Shown: positions 1 to 13,099 of the stretch, piece by piece
Layout: every line of letters begins with the position of its first letter
Numbering within the stretch: the first letter of the stretch is position 1
From: Acidobacteriota bacterium
GTDB taxonomy: Bacteria > Acidobacteriota > Thermoanaerobaculia > Gp7-AA8
Direction: 5' to 3'
DNA: 39,257 bases
NCBI GenBank assembly: GCA_019242175.1
Contig: JAFAVZ010000214.1
Span: forward strand, 1-39,257
Notes under the pieces: generated by a model
Told to the model about the DNA's origin: nothing
What the model saw: only the letters and a program-made list of their open reading frames with translations
The model's database searches: none
Translations under genes and position numbers: made by a program

Positions 1-2991
1 GCTCCTGTCCCTGCGGAATCGGCTGCCGACGTCGAAACGCCGGTCAGACTCGTATCCGCCATGTGCTGGTTCAGTCTGTCGCCGTTCGATATCCGTTCGA
101 AGGTGGCGCCGCATCGCGTCATTGCGCGCCAAGGCCGGCCGCTGTACCTCAATGTCGAATTGACGGTTCCACGGAATCAGGAGCCGTTTCTGGCGCGTCT
201 GTACGTGCAGTCGGAGCAGCTCAGTACATCCGATTGTCATCCCCATACCCACAGTTCGACCGACGAGAGCGTGTTCGCGTCCGGCGACGTCGTCACGGCC
301 GTCTACAACATCTGGCCGCGTCCCGGACGTACGTGGTCGGCCTCCGACTTTCAGGTCGTCGTCGAATCCGCTGCGGAAGTCGCGGTCGACACGACCTTCC
401 TCAATCAATTCGAGCTCGAATACCTCTCCCTCCCCGACATAGCACTGCCGACGCAGCAGGAAGCATTCGCAGCGCTGCTCCGCGAGACCGCTATCTGGCG
501 CAAAGACCCGGCATCGCGTACGACGTTGTTCGTCGCGCCGCCGGGTGCGGGCAAGTCGCATCTGCTGGGAAAATTGCGTCGCAAGCTCGCGTCCGAGCGC
601 GTCGAGGAGATTTACGTCGATTGCGAGACCGTGCGTGAAGACCGGTCCTTCTTCCGACAGGTGGTGCAGGATCTTCTGCCCCTGCCATCGGCAATTCTCG
701 ATGCGGAGTTGCGCGATTCGATCCGCCACTGGTGTGACGCCGTCGGCATTGGCGCGGATGCCGCCCACGACGTCGTGGAGGATCTCTGTGGAGCGAATGA
801 TCGCGAATCGCGATTAGCCCCACGCCATCGCGCAGAACTCCTGTCGTTGCTCCTCGGCCAGCGCTCCTCAGTCCTGCCACAGGTCCTCATCGTCGAAGAT
901 CTGCATAAAGCAGCGCCATCGCTCCTGAGCCTCCTGTGGCAATTGGCGTCCGCGGTGAGAGACAGCGGACGCGGACGGATCCTGTTCCTCTTCTGCACGC
1001 GGCCGTATGCCAGCGATACGTCCGAGCTCCGCACCGAGTGGCTGTCGCTTCTGGGGAAACTCGCGAAATCCGACACCGCGACGCTTTTGACCCTCGATCA
1101 GCCCACTCGGGGGGCAGCCGAGCGGTTCCTGTCTGCCGTTGTGGAAGGGCTGGAGACGTACCACATCGAGCCGATCATTACAGCGGCCGGCAGTTCGCCC
1201 TACGCACTTCGCGAGGCGCTCCTGTATCTGCTGCTGGAAAACGTGCTGGAAGTCCGCAGCGATGTATCACCAGTGCTGTCGGTGGTGGACCCTCCGCGGC
1301 TCACGAATATCTGCGCCTCGCCGAAACTCCAGCAGGCCACGCAGGAGCGTCTGCAGATTCTCTTTGGAAATCAGCCCGAATGGCTGCGGCGGTTTCTGCT
1401 TGCGGGCGCCGCGTACGGCCGAGCATTCTTGAGTCCCGTCATCGCCCACGCACTCGGCATTCCGGATGACTACGCGCTCGATGAGGCCATCGAGACGTGC
1501 GGTCGGTGGAGCGTGGCCGCCGGATCGACAGACCGGCGGAACTGGATCGAGTTCGATCATGACCTCATTCGTGACGCCGTCCTGCGGATTGCAACGCCGC
1601 GACAACGGCAGCGCGTCAGCGGCGCGCTTTATGAGCAACTGAAGCACGACGCGCCCGAAGGAACGCTGGCACGCATCGCTTATCAGGCCGGGCACGCCGC
1701 TGACGCACTCGAACACGCCCGAAAAGCCGCACGCGAAGCGAAACGCAGCCATCGTCTCGACGACGTCGTCGAGATCAATCAACTCGCGATTCAGACGCTC
1801 GATCCGGACATGGCGCGGCTGTCGGTTCCCGACCCGACTGCGGAATATGGATTCGCGCTCGACAGCGCTATCCGGTTCGCGACACCGGCACGCGTGCCGG
1901 ACATGCAACCCCACGAGGTCGATCGAAGCGTACTGAGTCTCCTCATCGAAAACCTGGATTGTCTCGCGTCGATCGGGAGCGGCAGCAGCGGCCTGTCCGC
2001 GAGCACGCTCTCTGAGGCGTATATGATCGCGGCGCGGGCCGGAGAGGATGAGGCGGAGGCGCATCTCGCCGCGCTCGAAGGCCGAGTCCGCTTTGAACGG
2101 GACGAAGTCGAGAAAGCACTTGAGCTCCATCAGCTCGCCGAACGGCGTTTTGCGCGTGCCGGCGTGAAGCGCAGTCGGGCGCGTGCGGAGAACTTCATTC
2201 GCCTGGCCATCTGCTACCGAACACTAGGCGAGCAGGAGCGTTCCTTCGAGCATCTTCGGCTTGCGATGCGCTCCTGCGTCCGCGCCGATTGGAGCGTTCT
2301 GAACAAAATCCGGAACAATGCAGGCGCGATCTTCCTCAAGCGCGATTGGACGGAAACGCGCGTCCAGTGGGAGAAAGAGCTCGCCCACGCCCGCCGCCAC
2401 CACCTCGACATCCGCGTCGTCCACGCTCTCCTCGGCCTGAGTTTTCTCGATCTGTTCGAACGCGATCTGGAGAACGGCGCGGAGAAGACTCGCCATGCGA
2501 TCGAAATCATTCAGCGGCTCCGGCTCGACAATCAAAGCGTGCGCGCCGCCCTCAATATGTCGGTCTACCATATCATGCGCCGCGACTACGATCAGGCGTT
2601 CGTCTGGCTGCAGGACGGCGAGAAGACAGCGCTGCGCCACCGCATTGGAAGGCGTCTGTGGCGCGTGGTGAGTAACATGGGCACGGTACACGAGCTGCGC
2701 GGAGAGACGAGACTCTGTGTCATACGCGACCGCCAGGCCGCGAATCTGCTGCTGCGGAGCGGTGAAGCGGACGCGCCGGCGCCGCATGGCCGGCAGATCC
2801 TCGCGCTCGTCAATCTCCTCCTGCGCAGAAACAGCGGCATCGGGACAGAGGATCCCGCGCCGCCCTTGCCGCCGGAGACGGGCGATTACGCCGCGATCGT
2901 CGAACGGCAGCGTGCCGGCCAATTGCCGGATCTGATGGGGAACTACTGTGTCGATCTGCCGGTCGGCCCGCGCTTTCTTCTAACCGAGTAG
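1..2991 (+). CDS. STAND/AAA_16-type P-loop ATPase with C-terminal TPR-like helical repeats (probably 5'-truncated by window edge)
   Basis: Frame is open from base 1 (first ATG at 61, 976 aa). Walker A APPGAGKS, Walker B VLIVEDLH, STAND-like GSSP motif, FDHDLIRD (MalT/AAA_16-like), then Ala/Leu-rich helical repeats. The stop overlaps the convergent gene at 2980-2991. Confidence 0.75.
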   Translation, partial: APVPAESAADVETPVRLVSAMCWFSLSPFDIRSKVAPHRVIARQGRPLYLNVELTVPRNQEPFLARLYVQSEQLSTSDCHPHTHSSTDESVFASGDVVTAVYNIWPRPGRTWSASDFQVVVESAAEVAVDTTFLNQFELEYLSLPDIALPTQQEAFAALLRETAIWRKDPASRTTLFVAPPGAGKSHLLGKLRRKLASERVEEIYVDCETVREDRSFFRQVVQDLLPLPSAILDAELRDSIRHWCDAVGIGADAAHDVVEDLCGANDRESRLAPRHRAELLSLLLGQRSSVLPQVLIVEDLHKAAPSLLSLLWQLASAVRDSGRGRILFLFCTRPYASDTSELRTEWLSLLGKLAKSDTATLLTLDQPTRGAAERFLSAVVEGLETYHIEPIITAAGSSPYALREALLYLLLENVLEVRSDVSPVLSVVDPPRLTNICASPKLQQATQERLQILFGNQPEWLRRFLLAGAAYGRAFLSPVIAHALGIPDDYALDEAIETCGRWSVAAGSTDRRNWIEFDHDLIRDAVLRIATPRQRQRVSGALYEQLKHDAPEGTLARIAYQAGHAADALEHARKAAREAKRSHRLDDVVEINQLAIQTLDPDMARLSVPDPTAEYGFALDSAIRFATPARVPDMQPHEVDRSVLSLLIENLDCLASIGSGSSGLSASTLSEAYMIAARAGEDEAEAHLAALEGRVRFERDEVEKALELHQLAERRFARAGVKRSRARAENFIRLAICYRTLGEQERSFEHLRLAMRSCVRADWSVLNKIRNNAGAIFLKRDWTETRVQWEKELAHARRHHLDIRVVHALLGLSFLDLFERDLENGAEKTRHAIEIIQRLRLDNQSVRAALNMSVYHIMRRDYDQAFVWLQDGEKTALRHRIGRRLWRVVSNMGTVHELRGETRLCVIRDRQAANLLLRSGEADAPAPHGRQILALVNLLLRRNSGIGTEDPAPPLPPETGDYAAIVERQRAGQLPDLMGNYCVDLPVGPRFLLTE

Positions 2992-4635
2992 AGCAAGGGC
3001 GCGGATGGTGTCTCCGAACGTCCAAAGCCACCGCATCGTCTCGTCCAGCCGCGTCCATTCTCCGCGCATCACGAATACGAGATCTTTGTTGAGGATGAGC
3101 GCGAGAAGCCAGCACGCCGCGAGATAACGCTCGCCGTCATCCGGAATTGCATCGGCCAGTGCGCCGGCGAACGTCGTATCGCGGGCTGCGTCCTGACGCT
3201 CCACGTAATCCCACAGCCAATGCATCATGTCGAGAGGACCGGCGTAATAGCCGGTCTGATCGAAGTCGCACAACAGATAGCGCTCCGGCGGTCCGAGGAT
3301 GTGCTCCACCTTGAGCGATCCATGCGCGAACACGGGCCGCGCCGCAACGAAAGGTCGCAACTGGAGCAGTCTGTGAGTCTCGGCCAGCGCTCGAACGCCA
3401 TAGTGCGGCGGCAGCAGCGGCTGATTCCGTTTAAAGAATTCGGCGATGCGGAACAATTCGATTTGCGGGTGCATGCGGCGGCAGGCGAGCATCCCGTCAT
3501 GGACGGGAGCATGGAGTTTCGCCGCGAGATCGTCATAGCCGCGCAGAGTCGCGCCTGTCACGGCACCCGCATCCGTCGGCAATCGGCCCGTCGCATCGAC
3601 GAAAGCATCAAGCGCATCCGCTGACAGAAGTTCCGTCTCCGCGATTTCTCGTTGCAGGGCGCCGAGGGCGCGGCGGGTCTCGTCGAATGCCAGCGGTGGT
3701 GCGGCGTCGGCCCACTCCTGCAGGATCAACCCAGCGGCATCATCCCGCCCCACGACGGTGGGGACGTACGGCAGCGCGGACAGCCGCGACATGAGACTGA
3801 GCTTGTACAGTGCCGGATCGAGCAGTCGCGGCTCGGCTTGGTCGCCGTGGATCGTGTAGATCGAGGACGGCCGCCTCGAATACTGCTTCGCGTATACCGT
3901 TCCGCTGTCAAAATCGATGCGGAAGCTGAGCGAATGGCTCGAGGTCAGGCTTTGGCAATGCCTCACCGCGCGGCCAGACAGACGCTCCGCAGCCTTGGCG
4001 AGATCTGCAATCGACTGTTCCATGAACAGTTCTTCCGCAGGCGCGGCATCGACGGCTGCAGCGCTAGGCGCCGACGGTTGCAGTGATGCTTCCATCAGGG
4101 GCAGCACACGTGCGGCGTCGAATCTCTCGCGAGCCCATAGGCGGGCGTTCGCGCCGTGCCATGCAGACAATTCCGGCGCATTCACATAAGAGAGGATGCA
4201 CGCCGCGAGTGCCGCGGGATTGCCGGAATCGAACAGCATTCCGGTGTGCCCGCTCACGACGACGTCCTGTAACCCGCCGACGCGTGCTGCCACCACCGCG
4301 CTACCGCACATCATTGCCTCGACGGCCACCATCCCGAACTGCTCGCGAAACGAAGGGACGATCACGATCGTAGATCGGGAGTAGAACTCCGGAAGAGACT
4401 CATGCTCCACGCGTCCCCAGAACGTGACGGCGTCGTTCCGCATGCGCTCCGCCACGCGCGGACGTGCTAATGCGGAGCGCGCGGCAAATCGCACTTCCGC
4501 AGGCGATCCTCCGATGATCCAGACTCGCGCCGGTGCGTCCGGCCGGGCGGCCCAGACGAATTCGAGAGCGTCGAAGAAAAGCTCAATCCCTTTGCGTGAG
4601 TCCCTCAGCCTGCCGGCGTACGTAATCGTCAGCAT
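2980..4635 (-). CDS. GT4 (GT-B) glycosyltransferase C-terminal domain fused to an APH/protein-kinase-like domain
   Basis: YAGRL..RKG and PSFREQFGMVAVEAMMCG (E-x7-E) GT4 motifs. The C-terminal half has VYAKQY, HGSLKVEHIL and LCDFD, resembling kinase subdomains II, VIb and VII. Start is uncertain: the ORF is open to 4674, and MLTITY begins at 4635. Confidence 0.75.
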   Translation of the reverse strand: MLTITYAGRLRDSRKGIELFFDALEFVWAARPDAPARVWIIGGSPAEVRFAARSALARPRVAERMRNDAVTFWGRVEHESLPEFYSRSTIVIVPSFREQFGMVAVEAMMCGSAVVAARVGGLQDVVVSGHTGMLFDSGNPAALAACILSYVNAPELSAWHGANARLWARERFDAARVLPLMEASLQPSAPSAAAVDAAPAEELFMEQSIADLAKAAERLSGRAVRHCQSLTSSHSLSFRIDFDSGTVYAKQYSRRPSSIYTIHGDQAEPRLLDPALYKLSLMSRLSALPYVPTVVGRDDAAGLILQEWADAAPPLAFDETRRALGALQREIAETELLSADALDAFVDATGRLPTDAGAVTGATLRGYDDLAAKLHAPVHDGMLACRRMHPQIELFRIAEFFKRNQPLLPPHYGVRALAETHRLLQLRPFVAARPVFAHGSLKVEHILGPPERYLLCDFDQTGYYAGPLDMMHWLWDYVERQDAARDTTFAGALADAIPDDGERYLAACWLLALILNKDLVFVMRGEWTRLDETMRWLWTFGDTIRALALLG

Positions 4636-5245
4636 CACACGGTCTGCGGTAGAAGACATCTCCGTCAGTTGCATATGGCACGATCCGGCTTTTCGCCGCG
4701 TCGATTTCGGGATAGAGCGTCACGAGCGACTGGAATTCGTCGCGGCACACGCAGATCAGCCGATCCGCCTTCGTGAAGACATGGACTTCGCCGCGGTCGC
4801 GTGCCTCGTCCGATGCATGGGGGGACTCCTTCAATGTGCGCCGCACTCGCCCCAGCGAAAGAATGTGATGAACGTGCGGCCGGAGGCCGGATGCAATGGC
4901 CGCGAGCCCCGAAAGCCAGCTGAAACTGAGAACGCTGTCGAACGGCTTCGCCGACTGAACGATCTCGCAGACGCGCGTCTGGATCTCGTCGGCATGGCTC
5001 CAGAGGTCGTGATGCGAGAGCTCGTGACTCGGACCAATGGGGAACCGCCTGATCTCACAGCGCGAACCGAACGTCTGCCGTAACGGCTTGCCGGGCCGGC
5101 TTTGTCGCGTGACGAACAGAACGAAATGACCGCCCCGAACGAGATGCCGTCCGAGATCGAACATGAACCGCTGTGCGCCGCCATAGCGGTTCTCACCGGG
5201 CGGGTCAAAGGGGTCATCCGTGAGGGTGATGATCAGGACGTTCAC
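4583..5245 (-). CDS. GT4 glycosyltransferase N-terminal domain (MshA/sucrose-phosphate-synthase-like)
   Basis: 220 aa with GTG start. Motifs DPFDPPG..YGGAQRFMFDLGRHL, SFSWLSG, HHILSLG, ADRLICV and IVPYATD..F match the N-terminal Rossmann half of MshA-like GT4. The C-terminal half is missing and lies in the next, overlapping ORF. Confidence 0.7.
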   Translation of the reverse strand: MNVLIITLTDDPFDPPGENRYGGAQRFMFDLGRHLVRGGHFVLFVTRQSRPGKPLRQTFGSRCEIRRFPIGPSHELSHHDLWSHADEIQTRVCEIVQSAKPFDSVLSFSWLSGLAAIASGLRPHVHHILSLGRVRRTLKESPHASDEARDRGEVHVFTKADRLICVCRDEFQSLVTLYPEIDAAKSRIVPYATDGDVFYRRPCDADDYVRRQAEGLTQRD

Positions 5246-5328
5246 GATAATCCCGAGTTATCTGCTCTGAAGTTAGCTCTTAGGTTAGAGGGGCCATCGT
5301 CAGAAATTTCCCCCCCCCTCCCTCCGAA

Positions 5329-6660
5329 CTACGAAACCGCCCACCCCACCGCCCCCGCGAGCACCACCATCGCCACCGCCACACCCGACAGCAGCCAGCG
5401 GTCCTGGCGGCGGGCGCGGGCGAGCGCGTCGGCGTAGGGCATCGTTGTGTGGGCGATCATCGTGTACAGGGGGAGCCAGGTTCGGGGGGCGAGGCGGTTC
5501 AGCCACACGTCCAGTCTCTTGCGCAGGACGAAGAGGGGCGACTGCACGCGTTGGCGGAGCTCCACGAAGTTTTCCTTCGAAAGCTCGGCGAGCGTATCGG
5601 TGTGGGGGCGGCGGGAGCGTTCGTAGGAGCGGAACGCGTCGAGGCGCGACGTTGGGTGGGTGGTCGTGAGGGCGGCGGACAGGGCGGAGCAGTCCTCGAA
5701 CGCGCTGTTCATCCCCTGGCCGTAGAACGGGTAGACGGCGTGGCAAGAGTCGCCGATCAGCACGATCCAGTCGTTGAGGTGCCAGGGGGCGGTGCGGGTG
5801 GTCACCAGCGAGCCGACGGGGTGGCGTTCCCACTGCGCGAGGAGCTCGGGCAGTTGCGGCACGAGGTCGGGGAAGTAGCGCGTGAAGAACGACGAGATGG
5901 CGGTGCGGTCGGGCAGCGTCGCGAAGCTGTCGGGGCCTTCGAACGGCAGGAACAGCGTCAGCGTGTGGGAGCCGTTGCGGTTCGCGTGGGACACGATCAG
6001 GCAGTGGCCGCGGGGCCAGACGTGCAGCGCGTTCAGCTTCAGCTGCGACGTTCCGTCGGGGCGGGCGGGGAGGTTCAGCTCCTTGTAGCCCCACTCCAGG
6101 AACTCCTTGCTGAAGTTTGCCCGTTGGCCGCGTTGCATCTCCTCGCGGATCTTCGAGAACGCGCCGTCGGCGCCCACGATCCAATCCGCGGTGATGGGAG
6201 TGACGGTGCCGGTGGCGTCGGCGATCTGGATCGAGCGCGTCGCGGCATCGACGCCGACGCAGCGGTGCTCGAAGTGCAGTTGGACCGAGGGGTGGGCTTC
6301 GGCGCGGTCGAGGAGGAGGTCGTTCAGCTCGTTGCGGTCGATCGAGTGCAGCACTTCCTGGCGGTTCTTCCCGTAGGGCTGGAAGCGCGCGGTGCCGTCG
6401 AGCGTGTGGATCACCCGGCCTTCCATCGGGACGGCGAGCGAGAGCACCTCGTCGCGCAGGCCGACTTCGGACAGCGCGGCGATGCCGCGTTTGGAGAGAC
6501 CGAGGTTGATGGAGCGGCCTTCGGCGCCCCGGCGGGCGCGGGGGTCGGGGCGGCGCTCGTAGACGTCGACGCGGTGCCCCTGTTGCGCGAGGCGCAGCGC
6601 GAAGAGCGAGCCGGCGAGACCGCCGCCGATGACGGCAACGTGATCCTTCCCCTGGTCCAT
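5329..6660 (-). CDS. kmo: Kynurenine 3-monooxygenase-like FAD-dependent monooxygenase
   Basis: Real start MDQGKDH at 6660 (443 aa). GGGLAG Rossmann motif, EGRSINLGLSKRG, GADGAFS, GYKEL, ALHVWPRG and GDSCHAVYPFYGQGMNSAFED are characteristic of KMO. Hydrophobic C-terminal tail. Confidence 0.88.
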   Translation of the reverse strand: MDQGKDHVAVIGGGLAGSLFALRLAQQGHRVDVYERRPDPRARRGAEGRSINLGLSKRGIAALSEVGLRDEVLSLAVPMEGRVIHTLDGTARFQPYGKNRQEVLHSIDRNELNDLLLDRAEAHPSVQLHFEHRCVGVDAATRSIQIADATGTVTPITADWIVGADGAFSKIREEMQRGQRANFSKEFLEWGYKELNLPARPDGTSQLKLNALHVWPRGHCLIVSHANRNGSHTLTLFLPFEGPDSFATLPDRTAISSFFTRYFPDLVPQLPELLAQWERHPVGSLVTTRTAPWHLNDWIVLIGDSCHAVYPFYGQGMNSAFEDCSALSAALTTTHPTSRLDAFRSYERSRRPHTDTLAELSKENFVELRQRVQSPLFVLRKRLDVWLNRLAPRTWLPLYTMIAHTTMPYADALARARRQDRWLLSGVAVAMVVLAGAVGWAVS

Positions 6661-6662
6661 GG

Positions 6663-7439
6663 CTAGGTCGCGACCTCTTCGGGCGTGCGGATCTCGATCT
6701 CGGCCGTCACGAGCGCGTCGAGGGCGGCGTCGAAGTTGTTGCGGCTGATCTGCGCGCCGAGGCGTCGGAGATAGGAGCGAATGAACTCCGCGCGGATCGG
6801 CGGCGGATAGAGCATCCGCTGCAGGAACGGCAGGTCCGTTTCCACCATGTGGCGGATGGCGAGCGCCGGGATCGGGCTGCGCAGGGGGCGGAAGTCCGCG
6901 TTGCGCAGGCCGGGGCTCTCGTTGCGCTCGTGGAACTCGCCGATCATCAGGCCGGCGTCGACGAAACGCGCCTTCAGCTGCGCCTGCACGTCGTCGATGA
7001 CCCACGCGTCTTCGGTCGCGACGTTCGGGAAGACGATCACCATCGCCTTCCAGCTCGCGTCCTCGCCGCTCTTCGGCTCGAGCTCGAGGAAGAGATCGCG
7101 GAACAGGCCGATGATCTCGATGATGGCCTGGCGGTCGCCGCGGCCGAGGGAGCATTCGGCGAGCCAGATGGTGTCCTGGATGATCGCGCCGGGGACGAAC
7201 GGGCAGACGGCGCCGGGGCGTCCCAGCTCGCGGTGCGGGCGGCCGAGGAAACGGCGCATCCATTGCGCGGTGACTCGCAACGGATGCTCTTCCGCCATCA
7301 GGTTCTCGACCTGCGTGAACGTGAAGAGTTGCGGAGATGCGGGCATCGGGGGCGCTTCCGACTGGATGGACAGTCCGGCTGCGCGTGCCGCGTGCGGGCA
7401 ACCGGCGGCTAGTGCTTTTTCGTGAAGGTCGTCGCTCAT
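6663..7439 (-). CDS. DUF6875-like protein (BGC-associated, possibly a heme-dependent Trp-modifying enzyme)
   Basis: Start MSDDLHEK at 7439 with GGAG RBS (258 aa). Motifs PHRELGRPGAVCPFV, GLMIGEFH, PGLRN..FRPLRSP and AIRHMV are recalled as DUF6875. The function is inference. Confidence 0.6.
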   Translation of the reverse strand: MSDDLHEKALAAGCPHAARAAGLSIQSEAPPMPASPQLFTFTQVENLMAEEHPLRVTAQWMRRFLGRPHRELGRPGAVCPFVPGAIIQDTIWLAECSLGRGDRQAIIEIIGLFRDLFLELEPKSGEDASWKAMVIVFPNVATEDAWVIDDVQAQLKARFVDAGLMIGEFHERNESPGLRNADFRPLRSPIPALAIRHMVETDLPFLQRMLYPPPIRAEFIRSYLRRLGAQISRNNFDAALDALVTAEIEIRTPEEVAT

Positions 7440-7455
7440 CGTGAGTTCTCCGGAG

Positions 7456-8762
7456 TCATGCAGCGACCGCCGGCGCTGGTTCGACCGGCGCGTCGGCGAG
7501 ATCCGTCTCGACGTTGCGCAGTCCGCGCAACGCGTAGCCGGCGAGGCCGACGAGGGCCATGGCCAGTCCCGAGACAATGAAAATCAAGGCGATGCCGCGG
7601 CCGGCGCCAACGCCGATCACGCGGCCGACGGAGCCGGCCAGCGCGCCGCCGGGCATCAGCAGCGGCTCGAAAACGCGGTCCGCAAGCGGGCCGGCGATGC
7701 AGAAACCGATCGGCATCGCAGCCTCGGAAAGCACGCGCTGGATGGCGAAACATCGGCCCTGCAGCGCAGGCGGCACTTTGGTCTGCCAGATCGCGTCCTG
7801 CGACGCATTCATCACCGGCAGCGAGATGAAGAAGAGGAAGCCCATCGCGGAGAGGAACCAGATGTCCGCGCGGAGGCCGTGGCCGGCGAGCATGACGCCG
7901 GCGAAGGCGGTGAAGGCGAGCACGCCGTGGATGCGTTTCTTCGGACCGCCCCACGCGCTCATGAGGATGCCGCCGAGGAGGAGGCCGCAGCCGCCGATGG
8001 ACATCTGCATGCCGAGGGCAGCGGCGTTTGCGAACGCGAGGACCATCGGCGTGATGAGGATGCTGACGATGCCGAAGAGGAAGTTCGTGAAACCGAAGAT
8101 GCCGAGGAGGCCGAGCAGGCCGGCGCGTTCGCGGACGAACCGCCAGCCTTCCGCGGCTTCCGTCCACAACGCGCCAGGTTGCTCGTGCTCGGCCCCTGCG
8201 GGGCGGGGAATCTCGACGAGGGCGAGGGCGATGATGCTGGCGACGAACGTCACGAAGTCGACGAACAGCACGCCGTAGAGCGAGATCGTGCTCACCAGCA
8301 CGCCGGCGAGTGCGGGACCGATGATCTGCGCCGCGGCGAACGCCGTCTGCACCATTCCGTTCGCGCGGGCGAGATGCTCCTTCGGCACGAGCAGCGGGAT
8401 ACTCGCCATGTACGCGGGCATCTGGAAGCCGACGGCGACCGCCTGCAAACCGGCGGCGAGATAGATCTCCCAGATCGATAGCGCGCCGAGGGAGAGGAGG
8501 ATGCCGAGGCCGAGGACGGTGAAGGCGGCGAGGGCGTCGGCGGCGATCATCACCTTGCGCCGATCCCAACGGTCGACGAGCGCGCCGGCGAACGGCGCGA
8601 GCAGCAGCGCCGGCACGGCCATGCAGATGAAGATGAACGCGTACTGCGTCGTCGATCCGGTCTTCTGCAATACCCAGATGCCGACGGCGAACGTCGATAG
8701 GCGCGTGCCGATCACGGAGATCAGCTGGCCGATCCAGATCCAGAGAAATGCGCGGCGGCGGG

Positions 8763-8766
<4 letters not shown>
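7456..8766 (-). CDS. MFS transporter (EntS/DHA3 macrolide-efflux-like)
   Basis: Start MTRRRAFLWIWIGQ at 8766 overlaps the NRPS3 stop (436 aa). About 12 hydrophobic segments and MFS motif A GALVDRWDRRKVM. Confidence 0.9.
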
Positions 8767-13097
<4,331 letters not shown>

Positions 13098-13099
13098 GG

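Noticed and set aside
2980-5245. GT4 genes as part of the NRPS cluster
   Set aside because: They are on the same strand and only 83 nt downstream of kmo, but have different base composition, an AT-rich junction and tight overlap with the ATPase gene. Treated as a separate island, though read-through is not excluded.
5310-5318. C9 homopolymer as a phase-variation switch for the GT genes
   Set aside because: It is intergenic and not clearly within a promoter spacer, and there is no evidence of variation from a single sequence.
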